From: Lytechinus pictus | Taxonomy: Eukaryota | DNA: 64,000 nt | Assembly: GCF_037042905.1 (NCBI RefSeq) | Contig: NC_087251.1 | Location: 27,156,001 to 27,220,000 of the forward strand | Reading direction: 5' to 3' | Part shown: piece after piece, positions 24,701-39,700 of the stretch | How positions within the stretch are numbered: position 1 is the stretch's first letter | Layout: every line of letters begins with the position of its first letter | Position numbers and translations under genes: made by a program | Notes under the pieces: model-generated | What the model saw: the letters and a program-made list of their open reading frames with translations, nothing else | The model's database searches: none | What the model was told of the DNA's origin: nothing

Positions 24701-27700
24701 TAAAGGAATATAAAATAAAGACAAATAATATTAAACAATGTACTTTGGGGTGTGATCATAAAGTTAAACCTCTGCATTTTATAATTTAATCCCACATCAC
24801 TAGAATCAATCTTTTTTTTTAAATCTTGCACTATGTAATCACTTTAAAAATCTTTCAATGCCATTAGAAAGTTGTTTATTTTGTCTACAACAAATGGATA
24901 TGATGAAACTCACGAGAGGCTGGGAGGCAATCCGCAAGGATGGATCTAGTATTTCATCTCAAATGCAAGGGAACACATTTCTCTGATTATATCTGGAAAC
25001 CTATCCCCAAGTCTGTTGCTGTTACAGTGGGTTGACTATTAACAGCCTTTTTTTTAAGAATAAAGGCAAAGTCTACTCCAAATAATTGTGTTTTTCCAAA
25101 TTACATTAAACGCCATTTGAAATTCATATCAAATTTCAATTTTACTGATGGCTTCAGGCATACACTTTTACTGTAAAAACTTTCATATTTTATATGTGAA
25201 ATACCATTTTTACTTACATGGCAGTCTATCCTGCTGATAGGAAGGCTGTTGGTAGCGTTTACTGAACGCTGCAAAGTAAGGCAGCATCTCCTTGAACAAG
25301 GCATACTGGGCATCGTCAAAGAAGTTTGGGTTGTGAGGATCTTTGCCCGTATCCTTCAAGAAAATGTCGGCTTTCTTCATCACTTTGCTTGCCATCTCAG
25401 TGGATATGTCAACCTGGATTTGAAGAGTCAAGGATAAAATTTATATAAATGTAAAATGTGCCCAACGATATGAATTCCTAATGAAATGATTTGTGACCAC
25501 TGCAGACGGGTGTAAAACATTTGTAATCAAAGCCCATTAACCTGCTGTTCTAGATTATTTGAATTACCTGACAACTGACACAGCTCATTAAAAGAACAGT
25601 GTATAATATCTGTATAGTGTACAACAATGAATAGACATGCATATGAAATAAACTAAAGTGGCCCAAGGACTGAACCCTGTGGCATGCCATCAATATGTCG
25701 GAAAGGGTCAGCTTCACTATCATTAATAACTATTCAATGTTCTTTCTGTCCAAGACATGAGGTAAACCACTTCATTACTGTGCCAACAATTCTCAATATG
25801 CAGTAGAAGCATTCAACCAAAGAACAATGCTTGATTGAAACAATGTTTTGCTACAACAAAGAACACAGTACCCACAATAAACGTTTTTTTCTTTTCTTTG
25901 TTTTCAAGGGTTTCTACTTTCTAAACTGTTTTTAATAATGACTATTGCACACTAAAGCATCACAACTTATCAAAGGAAATTTAAAGTGCTAAGGGGAAAC
26001 TTACAAGAACTCCAGAGTTGGAAAGAGGAGAATCAATGAAGCAGTCCAAAATAACCTCTACCTTTCTCTTTAACAAAGAGATGTCCATGTTGGAGTGGCA
26101 TGCTTCCTGTACAAAGAGAAAATGAAAAGATAGGTCTAAATAAGCAGTGAAACGGAAAGGATGATAACCAAAATACATGAAATAGATTGATATCATCAAT
26201 AATATCTTCATTAATGGTTGACAGTGTTACAAAGTGGGACCTGGAGAAAGAAAACCACTTTAATTCACGGGAAATGTGTCATTATACACTGTTGGTCATA
26301 AAGGTGGAATATTTATTTTTACCCCAGTTTAGGGAAGGATTTTTAAAAATTATTTATTTCTAATAGATCTAGATAATGGCATACATTCTCAGATTTTATT
26401 GAATACTAATTTGCGAGTATTTGTTTTGCGTGACTGCTTCATCATATGTGTGTTACTATGCTAATCAGCTAAGGGACCTACGTCCTTAAGTCATGATTGA
26501 CAGTAATGAGGATTAATGCCTCACAAAAGGGCACTGATATATAGCTGATCGACACGATTTTTATCCTGGGGCCTCACAGTAACGAGGCCATTGCTTAGCC
26601 CCTGAATCATGACTGTACGCAGTGTTTGCTAGGGTACGCGGCCCCTTCCACAAATCCCCCAAAACGAAGAAAATGCAATAAATTGTCAAAAATTTATTGC
26701 ATTTTCCCCCGGCCCCCAACAGGAAAAATTCCTCTGTAGGGCCATGCATTATGGTTCAAGGCATGGCCACACAGAGAAATTTTTCCTGTTGGGGGCGGGG
26801 GGAAATTGCAATGAATTTTTGACAATTTATTGCATTTTCTTCGTTTTGGGGGATTTGTGGGGGCGGCCGCGTACCCTAGCAAACACTGCGTACAGTCATG
26901 ATTCAGGGGCTAAGTAATGGCCTCGTTACTGTGAGGCCCCAGGATAAAAATCGTGTCGATTAGCTATATAAGTGCCCTTTTGTGAGGCATTAATCCTCAT
27001 TACTGTCAATTATGATTTAAGGACGTAGGTTCCCTAGCTGATTAGCATAGTAGCACACATATGATTTAGCAGTCACGCAAAAGAAACACTCGCAAATCAA
27101 TATTCAATAAAATCTGAGAATGTATGCCATTATCTAGATCTATTAGAAATAAATAATTTTTTTTAATCCTTCCCTAAACTGGGGTAAAAATAATTATTCC
27201 ACCATTATGACCAACAGTGTAGTACTATCCCTAATTATGTAGATGCTAAGATAATGGTCGGTCCACTGCAAGCTCTCTTTGGTCCCATACTGCCTCCCTT
27301 GCTACTATAAACATTATAGTGGGGTGGTTGCCCCCTGCCCCCCCCCCCTTCCCCCACACCACAGTGACCACACCCTGTGTTGTTGCTCCTGCATAAATGC
27401 TCCATTTTAACAAAGGCAAATGGGACACATGGTTTATATCATCTAAATGACTGCTGACACTGGAATATCTTAACCCTGTATTCTCTAAGTTGGTTGGTGT
27501 TGGGGTTGATTTTTTACCTGATTGCTAAGAAAGCATAAACGCATGTAAGCAAGCAACCAGAGGACCAATGGCTTAAGGTCCTCTCCCAGGGACCTGGGGC
27601 CCGTAACATAAAGCTTAGCAATGATCGTAGAACATTTTTTCTATGATTGATTGCATTGACTGCAATGTACAATCAATCATGAAAATCTCACGTAAATCGC

Positions 27701-30700
27701 TAACCTCTGTGTTATGGGACCCTGGTAATGAGGATAAATGCCTTCATACCAAACGGCGCTGGCGCACCAAGTGGGAATTGAACCTGGGTCACCGGAATCC
27801 ATAACCCCAGATCTACCGACTGAGCTATCGCGCTAAGGCCTTTGTTCTTCCCTTTCGTTCTTTCTTTTGGGATACTATACAAATCAGTTACCCTTAACCC
27901 TATCTTAACTGGGCTATTTCGGACCAGTATATACTGGGGGGGGGGTCAATCTAACCCCTCCTCAGATCTCGGCCGCTGATTGCGCAATCGCCGCGAAAAT
28001 TTGCAAGCGCTTAGAGCCGGATTTAAACTACAAGAGGGTATAGTAAAATTTTCTAAATTAAAAAAAATATATATTTTTTATTAATTAATTATGCAAATAA
28101 GCATATGAAATTTGCCATAAATTTGTTTTTTTGTGTATTTGCATTTAACTCAATTTATATAGCTAGTAGAATGCTAATTTTTGGTGGGAGTATCAATTAT
28201 TACATTTCTAACAAATATCTTTTAAAAAATAGCAAAAATATAATTAATTTCTTATGTATTTTATTGTTTTTTAAATTCTTAAGTATTTCTTTGTTTTTTC
28301 AAACCTTTGTTTTTTATTGTTTTTCCCGATGAACTTTGTCGAGGAATCTTTTGCGATCATAAATAGCATAAAATAAATCCATTTAAACCAACAAAACTAA
28401 AAATAATTATACATTTATGATTTTTGGTCGAAAAACACAATTTGCATTGACTTTTTACACGGAATCACGTTTTAGAGCAATTTCTGGTCTGACATGCACT
28501 TACAAAACGTTGCGTAATTTTGGAACCGCGTACCAGGGCGTCGCAAATTTGGTCTCAAAAGATGCGCAAGACTTGAAAGTAAAAAGTCAGAGAGCGGCGC
28601 AGTCAAAAAAAATTTGTGCGATGGCGTAGTGACAAAATTTGTAGAGGGGGGTCAAATTGACCCCCCCCCCAGTTTAATAAGGGTTAATGTAGGATACCAT
28701 TGCATTTAGCACTATAATTTCCTCAGCTCTAAAATATTCCAAGATCCTGAGGAATGGTGTCAAGAATGGATGGCCAAGATTGCCTTACATAATGCAAACA
28801 AAAGTGTTTTTACAGGGCCATCTAGTATGGTGAGTCTAACCAAATTTTGCAAAGACCAGAATAAAGGGAATGCTCAGAGTATAAGTACCCTTCCAAGTAT
28901 ATCTCTAAACTCCTTTACCTTAAATCTCTGTGCCTCTAGATAAAAGACGAGATCCTTGTCCAGATAATCTGCCCCGCCATCCTTGCCATTATAATCCATC
29001 AGGTAGCGATGGAAGTACATGAGTTTATGGGATGGGATCCCTCTGGCTGACTTGATCAAGAGGGTTTGGAACTCATTCTTGTCCTGGGCAGTGGGCATCT
29101 GTTGACCAGATTGCTGCATGGGTCAAAGGTCAAAATAATACATGATATTCATTTCATAGGAGGAGCGTTCTCTGCTTCAATTGTAACGTCACATGATAAG
29201 ATCTCATTTTTGGATAGTATTTGACTATTTTACTTGACATATTCAAGAATTAAAGCAGTGACAAGTGAATTTTGAGAATGGTAAAATAGAATTGCAAATA
29301 TTTGTTATAATTACAATGTTCATTAATGATTACTAATAATCAATAACAGTAAAGGAAGACTAAGGATTACCCCCCCCCCTCCCCGAAATGTGTTAGTGCT
29401 TATGTGTACAAGTATTAAAATGAGATTCACCCTAAGTGGTAGGGTTGGGGTTAGGGATTAAAGATTAGGTTATTATCATTATATGATGGGAGTATTATCA
29501 AAAGAAAGTTTAAGCACAATGTGCTTCTGGCTCCTGTAGCGTTCAAGGTGGAATAAATCGATAAAGGTTTAATTTTGGTCCTCACAATATTATTAAAGTT
29601 TTTTAAAAACATAAATTTTATTGAAACAATATGCAAAAGCTCTTGTAACACACAAGGATTTCAGGTCTGCCATTGACAATGGGCATTTACTATCTTTAGA
29701 GGAAAATGGAAAGCGAACAAAAGCCAGACTGGTCCTTTGCTCTGCAGCATTTTAATCTACCGGTATATATGTTTTGAAGAGTTTGCTATGGAAAATAGAG
29801 GGAAAAATTCTAAATTACATGGCACACCTCACTGCAATCTATATGTTTTACTACAACTATATACTGTATATATTGAAAGGGCTGGGTAAGAAACGAAAGA
29901 AATCATCAGATCAAACCGACTCATTCATAAAATTCATTGTTATGCCTCAAATTTAAGGAGGGAGAAAGTGAGAGGGTACTAGAAAACAGTGATAGAAAAA
30001 TAAATACAGAGGGAAAGAGAAAGGAGAGCAAAAGAATAGTAATTAATAGGGTAGACATTTACATTTATGAACAAACTCCCTTTCATTTTTTTTTTGGGGG
30101 GAAGAAGAGAGTGAGAGAGACAGACAGAAAAAGCGAGCAGGAGAGAAAAACTAAATCCAAAAAAGAGAATGAGAAAGAGAGAAAGAACAGTAAAATTTAT
30201 CATGGTGAAAATTTATAAAAGCCAACATCTCCCTCCAGAAATACTCTGAAAACTTTTGATTCATTACCACTTTAGGTGGTCATGTATCATAACAAAAAAA
30301 TCAACGCTGAATCTTGTACAGTGCATGTATCCAGTCTACAAAGTGCTTCAGGTATCTATTGGTACTTTTTATGGTGGCTTGCTTTATCAAGGCTGCCATC
30401 CCGGTGAACAAGCATTTTAGGGCCCTGTCTTACAATGAGTTATGATTGACCCAGTCAGCCTCAACTATGGAAATCCATATATGTCATGATTGTTCATACA
30501 GGTAATTTGCACTACGCCTCTTTGAAAACAACAATGACTTGTCAAGACAATGAGGCATATGAATATTCATAATATTTAGAAAATATTTCGAACATATATA
30601 TGCATTGTAGATGTTGGGATTGCTGGCTTCCCATAATTATGACTGATCGGATAAATTGCAACTCTGCATTAAGAAAGGGCCCATTTATGACACTTGGGTG

Positions 30701-33700
30701 GATACGCCAAGTGCAGATTACAAACTTGTCAATAATAGTATAATAGCGCCACTTCAAGATACAATTCACAAATTTGTGTTCCATATTAGGATGTTACACA
30801 ACACCCTTGCAAAGAGAACACATTTAGTATCAGAGTAAGCAAGAAAGACAGAGAATGGAATACAGCACACACGTCACAATGACTAAGCACCATTGCTTCA
30901 CAAAAAGAGGAGACAGGACCAAAAAACACAAGAAAACAAAGACAGGAATTCAAACACCAAACATTAATCACATGACATCATTTACATGTATACAGGTGTT
31001 ATTTGCAGTCCAGCAGAATGATCATCCAACGTGTAGTAAAGCAAAACATATCATAAACAAAAAACAAACACAAATATTTATTAAAAGGTTAGTGTATTTC
31101 AGACTAGGGAATACAGTTCAATTCAATAAAATGTTTATCATAGCAGTGCTGTATTAAGAGTAATTCAATAAAATAAAACAGTTTTCAAGTTGGGGATTTA
31201 ATGTACAAGTAATACATCGATAAAACTACATGCTGTTATTGAAGGCAAGCAAACACATTCAAACACATTAATTTAGTAAACAAAAAAATATGTCACAAAC
31301 TTGTACATCAAATAAACATTACACTTTATCCACAAAAATTGAACACAAATTAATGAAATTATCATCATGGCAATTAGTACCTGAAAGTTAAACAAATCGA
31401 TAAATACAGTTAATATTTACTTACTTTATGCTGTTATCACATTGAGATACATTGAAGGTTGAGTTAATTAGAAGCAATGATGAGTTAGTTTGATGAAATG
31501 GAATGAAAATGATAAGATTATAATGGAATGATAAGAAAGTGAAAACATACTAATTTTTCTCAAAGAAAAGGGTTAAGAGCATAAGTGTGATGGGTTAGAA
31601 GCTGATGAAAATGAAAACACAGAAATAAAACAGGGTACTGTTTCACAAAGACTTGTTATAATAACAAATGCAAAATTTCTATAACAGGTTTTATGAAACA
31701 GGCCCCTGGTTTAAATGTAAATACACTTGTGGTAAAGATCTCAAAATAAGGTCGAAGAAAATGTAATAAGTTATGAATCAAGATAATGAAGCAGCAGTGA
31801 AAATGTAAACATCTGTGCATTGAAACATGAATATATCAACAATCTTAAGAATCATATCAATCATAAGTCTATGAAAAACCATATATACTAAAGAGTTCTA
31901 CTTGATTGTAAGATTGATTGTATTTCTTTGTGTTACATGGTCCTCTCCATGCAAACTCAAAAAGATATTGAATCATGCTCATATACTTTAAATGCTGATA
32001 CTATATGTAAGCTGTGTATGGCAAACAGACAGCATTGTATTCCTTCTTCACTCTACAATTTACAAAAACTTTATAAAATTTTATTTGAAACTAACTAATT
32101 TAAGACATAATAATCAGTTTATAAACATATCAATATGAAGGAAGTTATGATTAAGTATATGATATTGATAATTAATTATTAAAATATGATTCAATAAAAC
32201 CATATTGTTAGAAAAGAAAAGGTAAATGTGTATTTGTATTTGATAATAATCTATTCAAATTGTTTATATATTCATTAGCTACTCTAGATACAGATTGAAG
32301 AGAATGTTAAAAGACAAAAACAGACATTTCTTTTAATGATTATTGATTTAAATTAATGATAAAGACAGAATATAAATAATCAGAAACAAATAAAATTACG
32401 TGGGTTGGAAAAAGCATGTTTAGTTTTCATTCATTCAGTGATCTACGAATTTTGTTATGACAACTTCATTCAAAGGAAAATAAACACAGAAAAAACATAT
32501 ATTTGCATAACATCATTTAACGGTTAATTGTTAGTACTTAAGTGTTTCCAAAGCATGTTAAATGTAAAAAAAAATACATTAAATATTTAACAGAAGAGCA
32601 AGCTTTTAATTTTTTTATTAAATTATGATTTTTTCATGTTTAATGGTTACTATTTTTCCACATGCACAGCACACTAAAGGGGCATTGCTAGATATTTACA
32701 ATCAATCACAATTAAATTTAACCCAAGGGGGGGGGAGTCCAATGTATTGCTGTATACATGCATGACCAAATTATTTCCAAACATCCCCTAAACAAGTTTT
32801 TCTCTTTGTGCAAAATAACCCCCTAAACAAGTTTTTTGTGGGCTTCATTCACACATTTTGGCCCCTAAACAAGTTGTCGCCAGAATATGACCCCTAAACA
32901 AGTTTTGTCTACTTGCTAATAATAAGCTAAAATAAACAAAACTATATTCATGGGTAATGAATGCCCCCCAGTGCAGTTACGGTTAAAATACCACAATTGT
33001 GAAGAACCCGAACACTTTTCACGTTTGGCTAGTCTTTAAAAAAAAGCTTTGGAAAAAAAAAATACCCTAAATACGTTTGGCCCCGTGGTTGACCAATGAC
33101 CAGTCTTTCAAAACCACCTTTTTTTTGAAAATCTGTGTTTTTGATACCCTTAATCAGTGCACGTGCAGCCCGCATCCAAAACTAAAAAAATACCCCTTTA
33201 AACACGTTTTTTGTCACGCATGTGTACAGCATTATATTTAACTGCACCTCCCCCCACCTGGGAAATTTAAGGTCTCAAAATTAATTAGAAGTCTTCCAAT
33301 AAATGTGCACCGGTCACTAGTCTGCTTCATGAAACATAAAGTAGAAATTGATATACTAAAGTTCAAAACTAATCAATCAATTCCCAATTTGAAATTGATA
33401 TTTGCAAAACTGACTGCATGCATATTTTTTTTGCAACATCCCCTCAGTGTAACTTTTCAAATGGTTAAAAACATAAACAGAAATAAAATGCTTTTTCACA
33501 TGCATATTTGCATTTGTGCATTCATTTTAATCTTTCTTATTGTGTTAGCTTGTGCAAATAGTAGATAACATTGCCAGAAAGCCAGCGGAAGTCATGGGAG
33601 AAAAGTCTTTCTTACCGGTCCCTTTCCTCTTCGCCTTCTCTTGTATGCTAGAACCATACTCTGTGTGCTCTCAGTCCTGCTAGTAGCCGTACCTTCAACT

Positions 33701-36700
33701 CTTTCACCCATCAATCCAGGGTCCTCTCCCGATTCCATGTAACTCTAGAATTTTGTTTTTTAATTGATTCGATTTCAGTTTAATTCAATACAAATTTCAG
33801 AATTGATATTCAGCGTGTAGCAGTAACTTCAAATCTTTTACAGATTAATCCTGGGTCCTCTCCCGATTCCATGTAACTCTTGAATTTTGTTTTTTAATTG
33901 ATTCGATTTCAAATTAATTCAATACAAATTTCAAATTTGATACTCAGCTTGTAGCAGTAACTTCAAATCTTTCACAGATTAATCCTGGGTCCTCTCCTGA
34001 TTCCAGGTAACTCTAGTATTTTGTTTTTTAATTGATTTGATTTCAAATTAATTCAATACAAATTTCAAAATTGATATTCAGCTTGAAGCAGTAACAAATC
34101 TTTCACGGATTAGTCCTGGGTCCTCTCCTGAGTCCAGGTAACTCGACAATTTCATTCATTAGTTTCAATTGTTATCAATTTAATTTTAATCAAAAACAAA
34201 ATATACACTAAAATGTGAAGATGATGAAAACAATCGAATGTTATACTAGGAAAACTGTGAGTATCTCGGTAAAACATGACAATGTGATTGATAATAATTG
34301 ATTCATATACATGTAAATCATTAATGCATATGAAGGATATACTAGTAACTGACGAGTTGATAGTGGGATACTGTGACAATATAAATCTGTCATTCATTGA
34401 GCATGGAAACAAAAAAGCTGCAGAACTAATGAATATGTCTCCAATGATGATTCCCATATACCAAGTTCTGATGAAAGTTGAAATAACAATGTGAATAAAG
34501 GGTAATATATCGATAACAACAAGAAATATTAACAGATAAAGTGTTGCTTACTGCCCAGAAATTCTGGAAAGCCTCTTCGATCTGTGGCAGAACAGACTTG
34601 GAAGCCATATCCATGGTCTTGGTAGAGAGACGATCCCCTTCATTGTTCTGCCTGGCTAATACATCTCGACTCAATGGGATTGCCCTAGATGTGCAGGAGG
34701 AGAGAATTTAAATGAAAAGGAGGGGAGTGTAGAGAATGAGGAGAATACAATAAATACTCAAAATTATTTTGGAGACTTACTTTGAGGAAGATAAGTGGAA
34801 AAGAGGTAGGGGAAGTAGGAAGGGTGAAATGGTTCACACCAGCATAATAGAAAAGGTAGAGAATGGAAGGAAATGGATGAAAGGAAGGATTGATAGAAAG
34901 GATGAAGAAAGAGAAGAAGGTAGAGATGGATGGAGTAAAGAACAGATACCAGCACAGAGGGAAAGAAAGAGAAGATGAAGGAAGAGATTGAGAAAGAGAG
35001 AGGAGAGGGAAGAGAAGAAAATTACAAAAGGAAAAGTATTCAAATAACAGACTGATTCATGACTGTATACAAGATTAAACAGTTGATCACAAGAAAAATG
35101 ACAAGTAAAGGATATAGAATATGCAATAAAAATGGAGATGTAAAAGGTATAAAAACATTTTTTTAAAGATATGAATAAATTAAAAGGGATCTAAAATGAT
35201 TTAAATCATGTTTTATTGATCCAGGAATGAAAGGAAAACTTTTTTTCTCTTCTTCTCCCCCCCCCCCAAAAAAAAAGGGAAATGGTTTTTAAAAAGGAAT
35301 TTGATACAATTAACTTTTCTCTATATATCTAACTGAGCTTATAATTTGGCTGTGTACAATATCTAAAGTAAGAGTCCCGATCAAATACAGTGTAAATGAT
35401 ACTCATAAAATTTCAGACATTGACAAAAACATTTATCATAAATACTGCACATATAAACACCAAAAATATTCTGTACCTATCTAATACAATATAACATCAG
35501 ATGACAATATCAACACACGGTCAAAATGATATAAAAGCAACTAAAATTACTGTACCCCCTACCCTACCATTCAGAGTCACGAATGGACAATGTACATGTA
35601 CATTACCCCTCTCAATACATACATAAATATTGTAAATATAAGGAATAACAATAACATGAAAGGCAATGAGAGAGAGAGAGAGACCACCCCAGAACAATAG
35701 AAATCATGGGAAACGATTGTTAAGACTTGTCATCATTTCAGAGAAGTTCTATTCACCAGTTCAATTCAACTCAAACAAACACTGAATAAAACTAAATCCC
35801 ATCAACCAGGAAACCTCCACCTCTCCTTTATGTACCCAAAACATTTAAATGGTGGTAAAAGGTGAAAAATAGACCGATTTCCCTTTTGACCTATACATGT
35901 TAGGTTGTTTTTAATACGACATGTCCTCATTGTTTGACAACTGCTCAACATCTCACCTAAATATTATCTCAATTTATTCCCTTTCACCCACATTCATCCA
36001 CCTCCACGACCCCCGACCTACATCTCGTTGCACTAATCAACCAGAAGTGTGACTAAAGGTTGCGTAGCAATCATCACTGAACTTTGTAAAGACATTTCAT
36101 GGAATCAAAACTACCCATCACCTAAATTTGTTCACCATTGCAAAAATAACTTTGGAGCAAAGTTCATGGGTTGTTCATGGGGGTCGTCAGTCTTCTTCAT
36201 TCTTGTTTTTGTTCATTCTTCACCATGACACCATCTCTTCAGGCTCTCATTCACTCAACATTTATTGTGCAGGGATTTGTAATAAAACTTGTCAATCCAT
36301 GATTATATCAGATACATTTACCACATAAAAGGACCATCAATGACATTGACCAAAATCAATACACTATTTTACAAAATCAGCAGTGAATAGTTCAATTTTA
36401 TAATAGGGACAACACAATAAGCATAGTAAATGAGAAGAAACATTCATTCATATATCTCCTCTGGTAAAAAGTGGAAGATTTGTTAGTCTATATTTAGGTC
36501 ATGGGAGTTGGGCCATGGGAATTAGGTAATAAAGTATGCAGAATAAATAATGGATGTGAACAGGGCTTATGAAAGCATATGTCATTCCAATATAAACATA
36601 TCGTCTAGCCTTTGTTGACAGTAATTGAACTGTCAAATCAATGGGTCAACAAACTATCTTGAAATAATATTTATCTTTTCCCAAAAAGGTTCGATGATCT

Positions 36701-39700
36701 GACAAATTTATATACATGCATTCTCATTGATGTCAACTGGACTGCTCTATTCTTTGAATAGGGGACAAAGGGAAGCATGGTTTAAAAAGGGTCTTAAATA
36801 TACAATCATCTGCATGATTATGTTAATAATTTATTTAAAGAAAATAAGGCTTATCAACATAACCATAATTTCTGCATTTTTTCTAAATGAGTTAAATTTC
36901 AAATTTGATTTCAAAGTGGGAAATCCCCCATGCTATCTTTGACTAGCCCAACTTCAATGTGAGATGTTATTTATGGCAATGCACTGGCTCAGGAGAGCTG
37001 AATCTAAGAGTAAATTTTAGAATTGAAAAGCAATGAAACATTTCTGTAATCATGTAACTTCATAAAGATTAATGAGCTTGATATACTGATTATCGCTGAT
37101 TATTGTGAGATCGTTTTTATTTTTTCTTTATTATCATGGGACTCATGAAAAAAAAAACATATGACGGATATAAATAAGAATTAATTCAGTTTACAATTTA
37201 ACCTCACAACTCAAATGCTAGGCATACTGTATTGGCTGTATTTGTGTTTTATTAATTTATTGTTATCTTATTGGATTCTTATAGTGAAAGTTCTAGAGTT
37301 CACTCAGGATCTGGTAACCCTTCCCCATGAATACGATCACTTCTTAATGGCCTCTAGTGATCTGCAACATCGTATCTACAAAACCCAAGACATTAATTGT
37401 GGAATCTATTTCAAGGTACCCCAGCTTGCAACATGGTGCTGTTACAAGCTACTTAATTTGAGCCATTTGATTGGCTACAGTAAATCTTTTGAAAGAATCA
37501 AATGACTTTTCATTGAAAACAAGTTTCACGACACAGGACCTAATTGGGCATTTGAGCTTTAATGAGAAACAGTTCTACCTTTGATGGTATTATTTCAAGA
37601 TGACTTAGAATCAGTTAGTGTTATGTTGGTAACATATAAACAAATATGATACAAAAAAAGTAAAGAAAAAGTATATATTTCATACAGGTGACAAGATACA
37701 ATGGAACTACATTTATAACGATTGTTGAATTTCCACTTTACAAATAGCATGGTTTCTAGGGTTAGTGAGATTTCACTGATATGATCTGACACTTTCTGGG
37801 GTTTTATTTAGCAGATCCATTTTATAATGTACAGCATTAACAGGTGATGTACCAGCTCCCCTTCCTTATAGTTATAATTGGATGTTTTTAGAATGAACAA
37901 TCTCATTAGTTACCTGTAAACAGTACAAAGTTATAAGTTGAAAATACCAATCTGTAACATTAACACAGTTTATTTTTAGAATAGAGAAAAATCTGACCAA
38001 ATATTTGAAATGGAATCATTCTGTTTTATCTTCTGTTTCTCCTAATGGCCATATTGCTTTCCATGTTATGTTTAAAACAGAATTATGTTTTTAACTTAAA
38101 AATAATGTAAAAAATATGAGTTAGGCCAATCTAAATGTCTAAAAACATATTAGATTAGATGTACTTGTACTTAGAGATTATCTGAGCCCATATTAAAAAA
38201 CAGTATCTTACAATCAATTATTTCTAACAGTTGATTCAAATCTTCTCACCTCGTCACTATAAACATTCCCAAATTTGTGTCTATTCTATCTCTCATGTTT
38301 CATTCATTGCCTTTGAGGTTCAGGGGTTTTGATTTAAAGGAAGGTATACGTATTTCTCATCATGGATTTATAATCTAATTTATTATAAGCTCACAATATT
38401 CCTGTATGTTTGATAATCCTCTGTACACACCAATGAACAACAGTACTCCTCCTAAATATACATAGGAATACCACTTTACATTTAATACAATATCTCCATG
38501 AAACTTCCACCAATGTGCAACCAAAACTTCATGAAAAGTGAGTTTATCTTGCACCACATAACACTTTACCTTCCTTTTGCCCTTGTATGGTGACTGCTAT
38601 TAATGAATCACAGTAACAATAGTAATAATGATGAAATGATTTTGATACAAATTATTCAATACAACTTCAAAATAACTTCAACTTCAATTTTCAACTGGAA
38701 AATCAATCGCATCATCACATAGTACAATAAAATCTGCTTGAAGGACTGCCCATTTATAAAGACCAGAATTTTTGTTTCCCTTGGTGATTCTATTCATTGC
38801 AGCGTGTATTACAGAAACCTGTCCATAAAGATCACCTAGTCATAAAGACCCCCTTCTTTTCTCCCTTGTGTGGTCTGTATAGGGAGGTTTGACTGTATCT
38901 AATTGTTAACAAGCAATTTGTATAACTTCCCAAATGTCAATATGCTTCTATAGATTTATATTAAATGAATCTATAGACAAATCTATAATTCCCTGAATCT
39001 AGAATGGTCTGCACTTCTTATATTGAAGATAATTTGTGTTTAAACTTGTAAAATTATAGCTTTTATGATTATTTTCTTTTTTCATTAATGTCTAATTTAT
39101 TTGAATACAACAAATGATTAGGATAGCAAGTGGACAATAAGTTTATTTTTTCTTAATTAATTTCTTTCCTTGAAATCTGATCACAAAGAAACATATCATT
39201 ATTTTTTTTTAAATGCAGTATTTACATGCAAGTAATATTATGTGTGAAAGGAAATAACACATCAAATCATTTAAAAAAGTGATGATGATGGTCTTACCTT
39301 TTGGAGTTTGGATCAAAGAAATTGTTGTAAATCTGTTTGGAAATGGATGTTCGTTTGTCAGCATGGGTTTCAGGGATACGATAGCATACATCAACATCAA
39401 AGTACATCTGAATCATGTTGTTCACGTCCTTACTCTCAAAATCTTGTACGTAGGTTCTGAACAGGTTCATGACACTAAAAAGTAAATAAAGTGATATGGA
39501 AGTCATTGCAAGGAAGTGAAATAATATGTATTGAAAGCCACTTTAAACCTCCTTCTTCATTCTGTCTTAGCAAAATGTCAGAGGAGATATTCTGCTTGAA
39601 ACCTAAGCATCACTTTGGACATTTTATAATATTGATGAAAAATATGAGAATAAGGATGTCAATTGTCACCATTTAATTCAATATTTTTACTTTGCTTTTT

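Noticed and set aside
34700-35045. Purine-rich ORFs 34764-35043
   Set aside because: Low-complexity GA-rich intron sequence (a pyrimidine tract on the gene strand) with no coding signal.
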